64,000 nucleotides of DNA from Patescibacteria group bacterium (GCA_040384445.1 JAZKJG010000001.1:135650-199649), one strand, 5' to 3'. Shown: positions 46,566-56,658, counted from the stretch's first letter. Numbers and translations: made by a program. The notes: generated by a model from the sequence alone, not told the origin.

Positions 46566-48362
46566 CTACATGAGACTAGGACTATCAACCTCGATATGTA
46601 TATATTCAGGTACTGATTTTAAATACCTATATAGCGGATCAAGTGGCCAGTCACTCGTATGAATATGAAGCGTGTTATCTGTTGCGTCTACATGCATGTA
46701 TTTTTGAAGAAATGTGCGTACGGTCGCATAGTCCTTCTTATTAGAAATCTGAATTTGTACGTGGGTTTTGAATGGCGGCAAACCAAGTGTTTTTGTATCA
46801 TTTCTAATCTGCATAAGAAGAGTACTCCATGTTTTTTCTTGTACACTTTTCCAAACCACATGCTCAATGTGGCGAGTCTGAATCACAAGAGTATGTAGAG
46901 TTTTTTCTCGCATGGCTTCAATCACTCGAATTGCCTCAAGTTCAGCAATTCTAGTCGGTAAGGCAAGTAGCGTTTCAAGTGATGCAATTCCGGTGTACGT
47001 AAATTTTTCTTGCACACCCTGATGAAGCGCAAGTTCTGTTCCGATATATATTGTGGGTACATGATCCTTATCTTTTCTTTTTTTGAAAATAGTCCTCGCT
47101 CCAGCTTGTGTCATATGGTCTCCATCTACAATCACAACAGGCATTGCAATAATTCCTTCAAGTTCTTCTCGTAACGCATCGGTTGCAGACCCAAGCAGTT
47201 GCAAATGAGGATTACCACATATGGGGCAAGGAGTATCAGTAGGCGGTGGTGTGTGACCTTGAGGACACACAAAAGTTCGTGCCCCTTTCACATCTTTTAA
47301 ACTAAAAGGTTTTTTACAGATCGTACATGCTAATACATGTCCACAGTCGGAGCAAGTAACAGAAGTACTTAATCCTTTCCTTGTTGTGTATATAAATACA
47401 TCGTCCTTGGTTTTTTCAGCGTGCGCAATGAGTGAATACAGCTCAGGAGAAAGTAGTTTTAATTTTTTATGAGACACCACATCAATTTGTTGCTCCATAA
47501 TAACGCGAATATCTGCCTCATCTTCTGGTTTAGGTACAACATTTTTCTTTGATACTTTTGCACCACCTGAAACTGATTGGTCCACTACATATATTTGTGG
47601 AGTGTTTGAAAATGGAGATGTAATATCTTGTATTTCAACATGAGTATATAGCGGTAACACACTATCCATTTCCACTAGTTGCACATTTCGTAACTCGCAG
47701 TAGTGTCGCACGGTTACTCGAACGTCAAATTTCTTTCTCAGGTGTCTATAATATTCAGACCCTACAAAGGCAAGAATGCATACATCGACTTTTAATACAT
47801 CAAGTTTGTACAGGTCTATTGGGGTAATAATTGTTACTTTTTCAGTAGCGAGAGATTGAGAAATATGTTTCTTGTATGAGTCTGTAGGCACAACAATCAC
47901 AATATCTGTATCAATCTTTAGTAGTTCTTCTGCATACTGTATTTGCTCTCCAAACTCTTTTTGCACATAGATTGGTATATGTTTTTCCTTTGAAACAGGT
48001 AAACGATTGGGTGTACTCTGTTCAGAAAGCTCTTCCAGAACACTTTTAGGGATATATTCAGATAAAATCTCTCCAAATGATCGTATAAAATATTTTGACG
48101 TATATATACAACTTTTAATGAATTCATTACTAAAAAAATCAATCTTTTCATACTCTTCAATTTTCTTAATTTTAAAATCACTCGATTTAATAAATTCTTT
48201 TGCTTCACTCAAAGAAAGAACAGAACTTACGATTGCATAAATTTTTCGTTTATTGAGTGTAACAACAATTAAATCGCCAATAGAAAAAGTGTGTGGGGTC
48301 CAATATGTTAATTCCTCACTAAATGTATGCTTGAGAATAGGGAGTACCTGAATACATTTCAT
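46566..48362 (-). CDS. priA: primosomal protein N' (PriA)-like protein lacking Walker A motif
   Basis: The likely start is MKCIQVLPI; the track ORF extends to 48419. N-terminal 3'-DNA-binding-domain-like region. C-terminal Cys-cluster zinc-binding region (CSDCGHVLACTICKKP...CPQGH...CPICGN). No GxxGxGK[ST] anywhere in the protein. Confidence 0.65.
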   Translation of the reverse strand: MKCIQVLPILKHTFSEELTYWTPHTFSIGDLIVVTLNKRKIYAIVSSVLSLSEAKEFIKSSDFKIKKIEEYEKIDFFSNEFIKSCIYTSKYFIRSFGEILSEYIPKSVLEELSEQSTPNRLPVSKEKHIPIYVQKEFGEQIQYAEELLKIDTDIVIVVPTDSYKKHISQSLATEKVTIITPIDLYKLDVLKVDVCILAFVGSEYYRHLRKKFDVRVTVRHYCELRNVQLVEMDSVLPLYTHVEIQDITSPFSNTPQIYVVDQSVSGGAKVSKKNVVPKPEDEADIRVIMEQQIDVVSHKKLKLLSPELYSLIAHAEKTKDDVFIYTTRKGLSTSVTCSDCGHVLACTICKKPFSLKDVKGARTFVCPQGHTPPPTDTPCPICGNPHLQLLGSATDALREELEGIIAMPVVIVDGDHMTQAGARTIFKKRKDKDHVPTIYIGTELALHQGVQEKFTYTGIASLETLLALPTRIAELEAIRVIEAMREKTLHTLVIQTRHIEHVVWKSVQEKTWSTLLMQIRNDTKTLGLPPFKTHVQIQISNKKDYATVRTFLQKYMHVDATDNTLHIHTSDWPLDPLYRYLKSVPEYIHIEVDSPSLM

Positions 48363-48399
48363 GGATTTACTATACACAATATAGTATGATACGTATAGT

Positions 48400-49953
48400 A
48401 TGCATGTATCAAACGACAAGAAAGATTTAGAATTGTATAGTACAGATTCAAGTATTTTTAAATGTACTCCGAAAGAAATTGTCTATCCAAGAAACGTACA
48501 AGATATTCAAGAACTTGTACGGATCACTACAAAAAATAAAGAACATATTTCTGTTCGAGCAGGAGGAACATGCATGAGTGGGGGATCACTTACTACGGGA
48601 ACACTCATAGATATGAAAAGATTTATGAACAGTGTTGAAATTTTACCGTATAGTAAAAGCGCAACAGTGCAGATGGGGGCATATTATCGAGATATTGAAG
48701 CAAAAGCAAAAATACACAACATCATGTTTGCACCGTATACATCATCAAAAGATGTGTGCGGAATAGGGGGGATGATCGGAAATAACGCATCTGGAGAAAA
48801 AAGTATTCGTCACGGGGCAACGGTAGATAATGTTCACAGTGTTACCGTTGTTCTTCATGATGGAGAAGTGTATACATTTGAAGAAATAAGTGAAGAAAAA
48901 TGCTTAGAGATTGCTAAGAAAAAAACAGTGCTTGGAGGAATTTATAGAAATGTCCGTGAACTCTATCAAACATATGGACTTCTATATGGAAAAAGAGTGG
49001 GAAATGTAAAGAAAGCTGCATCAGGATATCGACTTGAACATGTTTACAATATGAAAACTCGGACTTGGAATCTTGCAAAACTTTTCATAGGTTCACAAGG
49101 AACATTGGGAATTATTACGGAAGCGAAATTAAAACTTGTTCCAGTACCCCTATATACTCGAACAATTGCAATTCCTGTTGATGAATTATCAAGACTTCCA
49201 GGAATTTTGCAGACAGTAATGAAATACAATCCCGAAGGAGTTGAGACATTTGATGTTCATACGTGGCAACATGCAAAACAATTCATGCCTGATGAGACGT
49301 TACGAATCAGTGATTATTTCGCTCACGGCGAGACCCTCATAGTTCTTGCACAATTTAGTGAAGCAACACAAACAGCAACTGACACAACAGCTCATGGGTG
49401 TGTTCAGGCCTTACAAACTTTTGCACCTAGAACTTCATACATTGCAGATACAGAAATGGTTCAAAGTTTATGGGCAGTTCGGCGATCTGCATACAAAGTA
49501 TTACGTGACGCATTATATGACACACCACTTAAGCGAGCGGTACCATGTATAGAAGATATTATCGTTCCAGTTTCAAAATATGATGTCTTTATTCCAAAGC
49601 TCATAGATATCCTTACTCGTTTAAATGTTGAATACGGATTTCACGGTCATATTGGAGATGGAGCACTTCGTGTAATTCCTATCGTAGACTTTACAGACAA
49701 AGATACTGCAATAGAAATTATTAACGAAATGTGTATTGAAGTTTTTGCGTTGGTCAAAGAATTAGAAGGGAACACGAGTGCAGATCATGGTGATGGAATT
49801 ATTCGTACTCCCTTTTTACGAGAATTTTATGGAGATATTTTGTATGAACAGGTGATTTTGGGAATCAAAGAAATTTTTGACCCACATAATATTTTTAATA
49901 ATGATAAAAAAGTTTCAATCAAAGTGAGTGATTGGAAAAATATGTTAAAATAA
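48400..49953 (+). CDS. FAD-linked oxidase (GlcD/D-lactate dehydrogenase-like, FAD_binding_4 family)
   Basis: 517 aa. N-terminal FAD_binding_4 pattern (NVQDIQELVRITTKNKEHISVRAGGTCMSGG), a long C-terminal oxidase domain. Confidence 0.75.
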   Translation: MHVSNDKKDLELYSTDSSIFKCTPKEIVYPRNVQDIQELVRITTKNKEHISVRAGGTCMSGGSLTTGTLIDMKRFMNSVEILPYSKSATVQMGAYYRDIEAKAKIHNIMFAPYTSSKDVCGIGGMIGNNASGEKSIRHGATVDNVHSVTVVLHDGEVYTFEEISEEKCLEIAKKKTVLGGIYRNVRELYQTYGLLYGKRVGNVKKAASGYRLEHVYNMKTRTWNLAKLFIGSQGTLGIITEAKLKLVPVPLYTRTIAIPVDELSRLPGILQTVMKYNPEGVETFDVHTWQHAKQFMPDETLRISDYFAHGETLIVLAQFSEATQTATDTTAHGCVQALQTFAPRTSYIADTEMVQSLWAVRRSAYKVLRDALYDTPLKRAVPCIEDIIVPVSKYDVFIPKLIDILTRLNVEYGFHGHIGDGALRVIPIVDFTDKDTAIEIINEMCIEVFALVKELEGNTSADHGDGIIRTPFLREFYGDILYEQVILGIKEIFDPHNIFNNDKKVSIKVSDWKNMLK

Positions 49954-49959
49954 ATTTTT

Positions 49960-51372
49960 ATGGAGAATTTAAAATCACCCTGGGTACATCAAATAGTACG
50001 ATCACGACCGATATACATGTTGCAAACTGATTTAGTGTGCGATATTTGTATTGTAGGCGGAGGAATTTCAGGCATAATGTCTGCGTACCAGATTCTAAAA
50101 AATACACGTAGAAATGTAGTAATCATAGACAGTCATGAAATTGGGCATGGAGCAACAGGACACAATGCAGGACAACTTGTAGATGAACTCGAGCGTTCTG
50201 TCGCATCTTTGGTTGAAGAATTTGGTTTAGAAAAAACTATTGAAGGACTCAGATCAGTTCATTCAGGATGGGCAATTCTTGAAGAGATTGTACAGGAAGC
50301 AAAACTATCTATTCCGTATTCTACGTTTGAGGGATATAGTATGTACTCAACCAAAAAACAGATTTTCGATCAGCTTCTTGATATATCTTTGATGCATCAG
50401 GGCGGTATGCAACCTAAAAAAATGTATATTTCAGAGCAACATGTACACACTCTTTCTATTCCTGATATGTATAGTGAATACTATCAAGTAATTCCTCATG
50501 AATCAGTTCTATCAATTGGAGAAACAAAAAATCCTACCTACATAGCCGCATTTCCAAGTAAGCGAGGATGTTTAAACAGTGCGCTTTTAGTTGAACAACT
50601 TGCAACGTATCTCACAGAAACGTACAGTGTTGATAGATGTAAAATTTATGAGAATACACTTGTAAATGTAATTGACCTTGATACAGGTTCTATTGCAATC
50701 CATATTGGATTAAATAATAAAACTATTTGTGCAGAGACATTATTATTATGTACAAACGGTTTTGAGCATTTCACCATCAATGATTTAACTCAGAAGATCA
50801 ATCACTCATTCCATAAAAATGTAAAAGGTGTAATCGGATACATGCTTGCACAAACAGAAGAAATTGATCATATTCCATCTGCATTTTCGTACTGCGATCC
50901 GTCATATGACATCATAGCACCTGATGTTCTAACTGCAGGTATTAACACTTCACGAGATATTGCCTATGCGGGAGACTATGTATATACAACACGAAGACCA
51001 TATGATATTGGACACGAAGAACCTAAAAATCTTTTTTGCCTAGGAGGAAAAGCACGAGTGGTAGAGGATTCAACAACGTATTTAAAAAGTCACATATATC
51101 TCCCTGCTATAAAAAGGGAATATGAAGATTTTATTGCATCAAACTTTAATTCAAAAAAAGATGAAGCTGGTCACAGAGAATTTGTGTGGCATGGACTTAT
51201 GGGATATACGCGAAATGGAGTGCGTATGGTTGGATTTGAAAAAAAGAATTCATTACTTATGTACAACTTAGGATGCAACGGTGTTGGAATCCTCCCTGCT
51301 GTATGGTCAGGGAAGAGAATTGCCAATCTCCTGCTTGGGGATAAGACTATAAGCATGTTTGATCCTAAGTAG
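49960..51372 (+). CDS. FAD-dependent oxidoreductase (DAO family)
   Basis: 470 aa. N-terminal Rossmann CDICIVGGGISGIMSAY...VVIIDSHEIGHGATGHNAGQL. Confidence 0.7.
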   Translation: MENLKSPWVHQIVRSRPIYMLQTDLVCDICIVGGGISGIMSAYQILKNTRRNVVIIDSHEIGHGATGHNAGQLVDELERSVASLVEEFGLEKTIEGLRSVHSGWAILEEIVQEAKLSIPYSTFEGYSMYSTKKQIFDQLLDISLMHQGGMQPKKMYISEQHVHTLSIPDMYSEYYQVIPHESVLSIGETKNPTYIAAFPSKRGCLNSALLVEQLATYLTETYSVDRCKIYENTLVNVIDLDTGSIAIHIGLNNKTICAETLLLCTNGFEHFTINDLTQKINHSFHKNVKGVIGYMLAQTEEIDHIPSAFSYCDPSYDIIAPDVLTAGINTSRDIAYAGDYVYTTRRPYDIGHEEPKNLFCLGGKARVVEDSTTYLKSHIYLPAIKREYEDFIASNFNSKKDEAGHREFVWHGLMGYTRNGVRMVGFEKKNSLLMYNLGCNGVGILPAVWSGKRIANLLLGDKTISMFDPK

Positions 51373-51787
51373 ATCTCAGGTATAATTAATGTATGGCAAA
51401 AGGAGAACATCGAGATAAAAAAAACAAACAGGTTAAAAAACCTAAGAAGGAAGCTGCTCCTAAAAAATAAAGAGTAGGTAATACTTCAAAGAAAACGCTC
51501 ACAATATAACAGTGGGTGTTTTTTGTTATACATGAAAATGACTTGCATTAACGAAAGATGAAAAATAATAATGTAATAGTTAAAATAGCAAAGTGATTAC
51601 ATTTAAATTATGAATTTGTTTTTTGGCGAAAACAGTGGGGAGTAATACTTTTGGGCTATTCTAGGTTAGGCAAGGTTACTTCTGGTTATTATAATATGGT
51701 GTCGCACAATATATCTTTGCGACACGTACTGTAGGGGGAAAAGAGCCCTGAAGCGGCCATGTGGCTACTTAGGGCTTTTGGTTGAAT

Positions 51788-52285
51788 CTAGCGACGCTTA
51801 ATCCAGACACCTTGTTGTAAATCTTTTTCAGCAAACAATTCAAAGTTATTTGGATTTAAAAAATATTCCTCAAAAATTCCGCCCGGAGTGTTTTCCATTA
51901 TCATAGAAGCTTTTGCTCCAATCGAATCAGACAGTTCAAGTTCGAGCTCATCTGTGACAGCCATCCATACAAAGTATGGGTAGTCATGTGCCAGTAGCTC
52001 ATGTAAACCCTTAAGGACAAATAATCCTGTCAGGCAATCGTTATTAAAATTACTAGTATACAGATCCCTGTACGCAGCAGCCATGACCCTGAGTCGAAGT
52101 ATGTGATCTGAGTTCATATGGATCGCATGCAAATCACTTCTCGAAATTGATGGCTGTGTAGCTTCAAACAATTCCACCAAATCTTCATTGGAAGAATCGA
52201 ATTCTTTGGATTGTAGAAATTTCAGCAGTTCAGCGTAAAAATCTCCACGAGTTGGTTGAGTTTCTATATCTAACATAATTTTCAA
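51788..52285 (-). CDS. hypothetical protein
   Basis: 165-aa ORF with no motif. Confidence 0.4.
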   Translation of the reverse strand: MKIMLDIETQPTRGDFYAELLKFLQSKEFDSSNEDLVELFEATQPSISRSDLHAIHMNSDHILRLRVMAAAYRDLYTSNFNNDCLTGLFVLKGLHELLAHDYPYFVWMAVTDELELELSDSIGAKASMIMENTPGGIFEEYFLNPNNFELFAEKDLQQGVWIKRR

Positions 52286-52455
52286 AAGTTCAGTTAAAAC
52301 AAGCCTCTACAATCGCCCACGACGAACGATTGTGGCTAGGGATAGCCTAGCATATGTCTCCTTTCCTGTCTCGTACCTCTCTTTTCTAAATGCAAATAAC
52401 TTGCACTAGGGCAATAGAGAAGTCTTGTGTATAATAAGGCTTTAGGCCTCGCACA

Positions 52456-52812
52456 TTGCTGAAGCCACAATCCTATACCATCAAAACCCTTATGTTTGTT
52501 AATGACATAGATGACCGTATCGACGATTTCGAATCCTATGCAAAATTATTTGAACAAATTACACATCGCACACTCAGTCATGAAGAATGGACTCAGATCA
52601 AAACATATTTAGCGAGTAGACAGCAAATAAAACCACCAGTAGTACAGTGGAGTGACTTTAGATCATTCGCAGATCGTTTTGATGTAGCACATCCATACTT
52701 TATGGGACACCCTGTGCCGATGCTTATCATGGCAACTTGGGCACAGTACGTAAACTCTATAACACCTGAGGAACTTGACGTTGTCAAGAGGATGTGGCGA
52801 ACCGCCAGATAA
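52456..52812 (+). CDS. hypothetical protein
   Basis: 118-aa ORF with no motif. Confidence 0.35.
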   Translation: MLKPQSYTIKTLMFVNDIDDRIDDFESYAKLFEQITHRTLSHEEWTQIKTYLASRQQIKPPVVQWSDFRSFADRFDVAHPYFMGHPVPMLIMATWAQYVNSITPEELDVVKRMWRTAR

Positions 52813-52841
52813 TTCAAAAACCTGAACTCCTACTCAAGGAT

Positions 52842-53360
52842 TCAGGTTTTATTTTTTAATTCTCTTTGAAGTACTTTATAATCTGGAATCATCTCCCCTA
52901 CCAAATCCCAAAACTTTTGTGAATGATTAAATTCTCCCAGATGACATATTTCATGGACCACAAGGTAGTTAGCTAAGTTTTCCGGGAGCAGAGCAATCTT
53001 GTAGTTGAAGTTCAGATTCCCCTGTTTTGAACAGCTCCCCCACCGTGTTTTCTGATTTCGTATACAAATATTGTTATATGTAAATTTATAATATTGATTA
53101 AAATATTTTACTTTTTCTTGTGCGATGTGTAATGCTTTTACTTTTAATTCTGCAATCTCTTTTTTTGTATGTTTAATAGTTTGTGATTTTGGGAGAGAAT
53201 TGAATTTTTCAATGATCCAACTTGACTTTGTTTGAATAAAGTGTTCAGCAGTCGCGATAGATACTCGTTTAGGTTTCGTGACAATAACTCTTCCATCAGC
53301 TTTGATCGAAATACGAAGGTTTTTTGCTCTGGGGTGTGATCTGAGAGTGTATGGAGGCAT
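52842..53360 (-). CDS. YgjP-like (DUF45/WLM) metal-dependent hydrolase
   Basis: The likely start is MPPYTLRSHPRAKNLRISIK; the track ORF extends to 53396. C-terminal HEICHLGEFNHSQKFW motif. Confidence 0.7.
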   Translation of the reverse strand: MPPYTLRSHPRAKNLRISIKADGRVIVTKPKRVSIATAEHFIQTKSSWIIEKFNSLPKSQTIKHTKKEIAELKVKALHIAQEKVKYFNQYYKFTYNNICIRNQKTRWGSCSKQGNLNFNYKIALLPENLANYLVVHEICHLGEFNHSQKFWDLVGEMIPDYKVLQRELKNKT

Positions 53361-53372
53361 TGCTACAAGTAT

Positions 53373-54104
53373 ATGGTAGACTGCATATGTATGCAAAATT
53401 CACCTCGTACACTCGCAGAAAACCTCATACGACTCGAAAAACACATTGCCAACCTTGGTCTTGCATCACGTCGCGAAGCTAAAGATTTGATATTGAAAGG
53501 TTTAGTTTCTGTGAATGGAAATGTAGTAACAGATACTGGATTTGGTTTTGATATTACTAAAGATACGATTTCAGTTAAACAAGACGATATTAAAAAAGAA
53601 TATATACTGTTGTATAAGCCTCGAGGTATTGAGACAAATAAAACAGCAGACCATTTGCAAGATATTCATGATGTGTACCCGCAGTTCAAACACCTCGCAC
53701 CGATTGGAAGACTTGATGCAGATTCTGAGGGTTTGATTATTCTTTCAAATGATGGAGTTTTAGCTAAGGTTTTAACACAGCCAGATAGCCATGTTGGGAA
53801 AACGTATAGGGTGACCGTACGCGAAAGTGTGACTGAAAACGCTATAAAGACCATGTCTGAAGGAATACTCTTGGATGGGGTCAAAACAAAGCCTGCTGAG
53901 GCGGTCCGTGAGTCTGAGCATGTGTTTACGATAGTGCTTCATGAGGGACGGAAGCATCAGATTCGGAGGATGGCGGATGCGGTTAAGTTGACGGTGGAGA
54001 GTTTGGTGAGGGTCGGGATTGGTTCTCTTGGTTGTGAGGGGTTGAGTGTGGGTGGTTTTAGGGAGTTGAGTGAGGAGGAAGTTGACGAGTTAAAGGGACT
54101 ATAA
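53373..54104 (+). CDS. RsuA/RluB-family rRNA pseudouridine synthase
   Basis: 243 aa. N-terminal S4 domain (LGLASRREAKDLILKGLVSVNG). Catalytic HLAPIGRLDADSEGLIILSNDG plus KTYRV. Confidence 0.8.
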   Translation: MVDCICMQNSPRTLAENLIRLEKHIANLGLASRREAKDLILKGLVSVNGNVVTDTGFGFDITKDTISVKQDDIKKEYILLYKPRGIETNKTADHLQDIHDVYPQFKHLAPIGRLDADSEGLIILSNDGVLAKVLTQPDSHVGKTYRVTVRESVTENAIKTMSEGILLDGVKTKPAEAVRESEHVFTIVLHEGRKHQIRRMADAVKLTVESLVRVGIGSLGCEGLSVGGFRELSEEEVDELKGL

Positions 54105-54119
54105 TTTGCAAAAACAAAA

Positions 54120-54153
54120 CCCTCGCACAGTACCCGAAGGTACCGTACGAGGG
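54120..54153. terminator. bidirectional terminator hairpin (T-run on minus strand)
   Basis: ccctcg-cacagtacccgaaggtaccgta-cgaggg with an inner gtacc-cgaa-ggtac stem. An A-run precedes it on the plus strand. Confidence 0.6.
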
Positions 54154-54172
54154 ATCTCTTGCTCAGATTTGA

Positions 54173-54655
54173 TCAAACACCAACTAGCTGAGCTTTCCAT
54201 AACCGCCTGCTTTTTCGCAACAAATCAGCGATTTTTTCCTGATAGTAATTAACCTGCCTCAGAACAAGAGGAGCGACCGTTTGAGGGTTGAAAAGAGGAA
54301 TGAACATGTCGTCATAGGCGATTTCATCTCTCCTTTTCATTAAATCCTTGAGTTCCACATTCATCAAAACAGGAGCGAACGTAACCACCATAAGTTGTCT
54401 TGTAATAGGATGAGGCAGTAATACATCTCCGACTGAGATTGGGTACAAAGACTCGTTCTGTTTAGTATACATTTGGCGAGATCTCACTGCCAACCACCCA
54501 ATCACGTGAGGCCAGTTCATTTCATGGTTTGATAAGTATTTTACTTCTTCAAAATTTCTTGCCACAAGAGCAGCAAGTTTAGTGTTCATTTCTTCGTCAG
54601 AAAACATCGTCTCATGACATTCAAGGTACAGTGACCAAAATTCAGCTTCGTTCAT
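54173..54655 (-). CDS. hypothetical protein, paralog 1 of a tandem triplet
   Basis: The track ORF extends to 54739. The start homologous to the other paralogs is MNEAEFWSLY. Shared blocks with the two neighbours (xFWxxY, ISVGDVL, [I/L]P[L/F]F, YYxxW). Confidence 0.45.
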   Translation of the reverse strand: MNEAEFWSLYLECHETMFSDEEMNTKLAALVARNFEEVKYLSNHEMNWPHVIGWLAVRSRQMYTKQNESLYPISVGDVLLPHPITRQLMVVTFAPVLMNVELKDLMKRRDEIAYDDMFIPLFNPQTVAPLVLRQVNYYQEKIADLLRKSRRLWKAQLVGV

Positions 54656-54754
54656 TAGGGTATATAATTTGGTTAGGATCCATGTGTGATAATACAACAT
54701 TATATTGATAAAATCAATACCCCACGCGACAACAGTCACGTGGGGGTATAAGTA

Positions 54755-55183
54755 TCAGGCAATCTGCCTTTCCCTCTTCTCAATCCAATCATCATAGTAT
54801 TCAAGACCCTTGGGCCACTTAGCAATCGCCGTAACGACATGCTGGAGCTCAAACAATGGAAGCCAGATCCTGTAGTGCGAGGCGTCCGTAAAGATCACTG
54901 AGCGAGGAATTTGCCGAGGAGTCATATTGTTGAAGAGCACAAAGTCATTGGTACTCGTGTCAAGAACCAAAACATCCCCAACAGATATTCCCCCGGCATA
55001 CGTATGGTGAGGTTTTCCATGAGCGAGAGCAATGTGTCCGATCAAATCTCTACCACTTCTCTGAATAGGTCTGTCTTCAAGCATTCTATGCAGTTTATCA
55101 GAAAGCCCCATCGCAAGACCTTCGTCCTTGAACTGGGTCTTAAGGTATTCATCGTAAAATCTCCAAAATTGTCCGAATTTCAT
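54755..55183 (-). CDS. hypothetical protein, paralog 2 of a tandem triplet
   Basis: 142 aa. MKFGQFWRFYDEY..., ISVGDVLVLD, LPLFELQ, EYYDDWIEKRER. Confidence 0.5.
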   Translation of the reverse strand: MKFGQFWRFYDEYLKTQFKDEGLAMGLSDKLHRMLEDRPIQRSGRDLIGHIALAHGKPHHTYAGGISVGDVLVLDTSTNDFVLFNNMTPRQIPRSVIFTDASHYRIWLPLFELQHVVTAIAKWPKGLEYYDDWIEKRERQIA

Positions 55184-55256
55184 AAAGGTTCACAGGTTGA
55201 TGGTTACTAATCCTCCTAAAACAATACAATTTATATTTTATCAAGTCAAGCAAACG

Positions 55257-55709
55257 TCACTTACTCATCCAGAGTGTTCGTTTGTTAAACCACTCCATGT
55301 ATCCATGTTGTGAAATGTCTCCGGCTTTTTGAACAGCTTCAGTATCGGCAATATGGTAAAACGGGAGTAGTAAGAGTTTACCATCCTCGACAAGAGGAAT
55401 TTGTGCAAAATCGGCAGCTGACCACCGAGCAGCAACACATGTGTGGTTTATAAGTATAAATTCCGAATTGAGTTTATCTATCACTACAAGATTCCCAACC
55501 TCGAACTCAACTTTTCCAACAGTTCTTTTTGCTTGAACCCGAAAAGATTGAATTTCTTGTAATCCCAGTTGAGGATTTTTGAGTGTGTAGAAAACATCAA
55601 CATATGGAAGAAGTCTTTTATTCATCTCCTCCCATGCGGCTTCATCTGTAAATCCAGACTGAAAATAAAGAACATACAGTTCCCAGAATCGAAGTGTAAC
55701 AGGTATCAT
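55257..55709 (-). CDS. hypothetical protein, paralog 3 of a tandem triplet
   Basis: 150 aa. LRFWELYVLYF..., EVGNLVVIDK, LLPFYHI, YMEWFNKR. Confidence 0.5.
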   Translation of the reverse strand: MIPVTLRFWELYVLYFQSGFTDEAAWEEMNKRLLPYVDVFYTLKNPQLGLQEIQSFRVQAKRTVGKVEFEVGNLVVIDKLNSEFILINHTCVAARWSAADFAQIPLVEDGKLLLLPFYHIADTEAVQKAGDISQHGYMEWFNKRTLWMSK

Positions 55710-55766
55710 GATGGTGTGTTTGGGTTAAAAGTACTAACAATTCCTGAACACAGGATACTATAATTT

Positions 55767-56489
55767 TTACCGTTTTGCGAGCATCACAGCCCTCTCCTCC
55801 GGATGAAATTTCTCAATCGCATATCGAAGTGTGGTTCTACTCATATCTCTAAACTTTAATGTAATATATTTCCGAAGCTCATTGGGAGCCACACGCTTTC
55901 CGGCCTCCCGAAGCATCCATCCAACTGCTTTATGCATCAAATCATGTTTATGTCCCAATAATTCATCAGCAAGCATGTACGTATATTTCGTCTCTCCGTG
56001 TTTTATGAATGCAAATGTAGAAATCATTGCAATTCTTTGGCTCCACATGTGCTTTGATTTTGCCAATTTCAACAATGTTGCAGAAATTTTCTTTTCATCT
56101 TTTACTTGATCTCTCAAGTAAGCACCTAGCAATTTATCAGCAGACGTATCAACTAAATCCCAGTTATTTACGTACTGTACATTATTTAAATAATTTGTAA
56201 TCACATGTTTATCTTTTGTTTTTTCAAAATGAGAAATCATCAAAAACAACGCAATCAATCGTTCCTCATGATATTTGGATGTAAGCAAAATACACACATC
56301 ATCTTGCGACAAGTGTGTGTATTTTTTTGCAATTTTCCGACACAACGGAACCGTCAATCCAAGAAACCTGTCCCCTTCGCCATACTGGCCTTTACCAGTT
56401 TGAAAAAAATGGGCAATTAGTTTTGCTCGAAGTGGTTGTTCGTGTGAACGAATTTCTTTTGTAAGATTATTGAGCTTGTTCACCGTCAT
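55767..56489 (-). CDS. DNA alkylation repair protein (AlkD/AlkC-like HEAT-repeat glycosylase family)
   Basis: 240 aa, all alpha-helical. YVNNWDLVDTSADKLLGAYL and WMLREAGKR motifs of the family. Confidence 0.7.
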   Translation of the reverse strand: MTVNKLNNLTKEIRSHEQPLRAKLIAHFFQTGKGQYGEGDRFLGLTVPLCRKIAKKYTHLSQDDVCILLTSKYHEERLIALFLMISHFEKTKDKHVITNYLNNVQYVNNWDLVDTSADKLLGAYLRDQVKDEKKISATLLKLAKSKHMWSQRIAMISTFAFIKHGETKYTYMLADELLGHKHDLMHKAVGWMLREAGKRVAPNELRKYITLKFRDMSRTTLRYAIEKFHPEERAVMLAKR

Positions 56490-56658
56490 TTCGTATTGGA
56501 ATTGTCACATCGGCTTCTATACTATCGCTCACAGCTTCAGTTGGTTTAGTAGCAGGATTAGCACCTCTCATGTATAGAAACACTCCGCCTAGGATAAGCG
56601 CACCTAGAATAAGTCCAATGAATAATGTTGATGAATTGCTTTGTGTTGGTTGTTCCAT
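56467..56658 (-). CDS. small membrane protein
   Basis: 63 aa with one TM helix (LFIGLILGALILGGVFLYM). Confidence 0.3.
   Translation of the reverse strand: MEQPTQSNSSTLFIGLILGALILGGVFLYMRGANPATKPTEAVSDSIEADVTIPIRNDGEQAQ

Noticed and set aside
48363-48419. Divergent overlap of the priA and FAD-oxidase start codons in the ORF track
   Set aside because: It is resolved by using the internal Met (MKCIQVLPI) for priA. The same applies to the 53361..53396 overlap of the YgjP-like and pseudouridine synthase ORFs.
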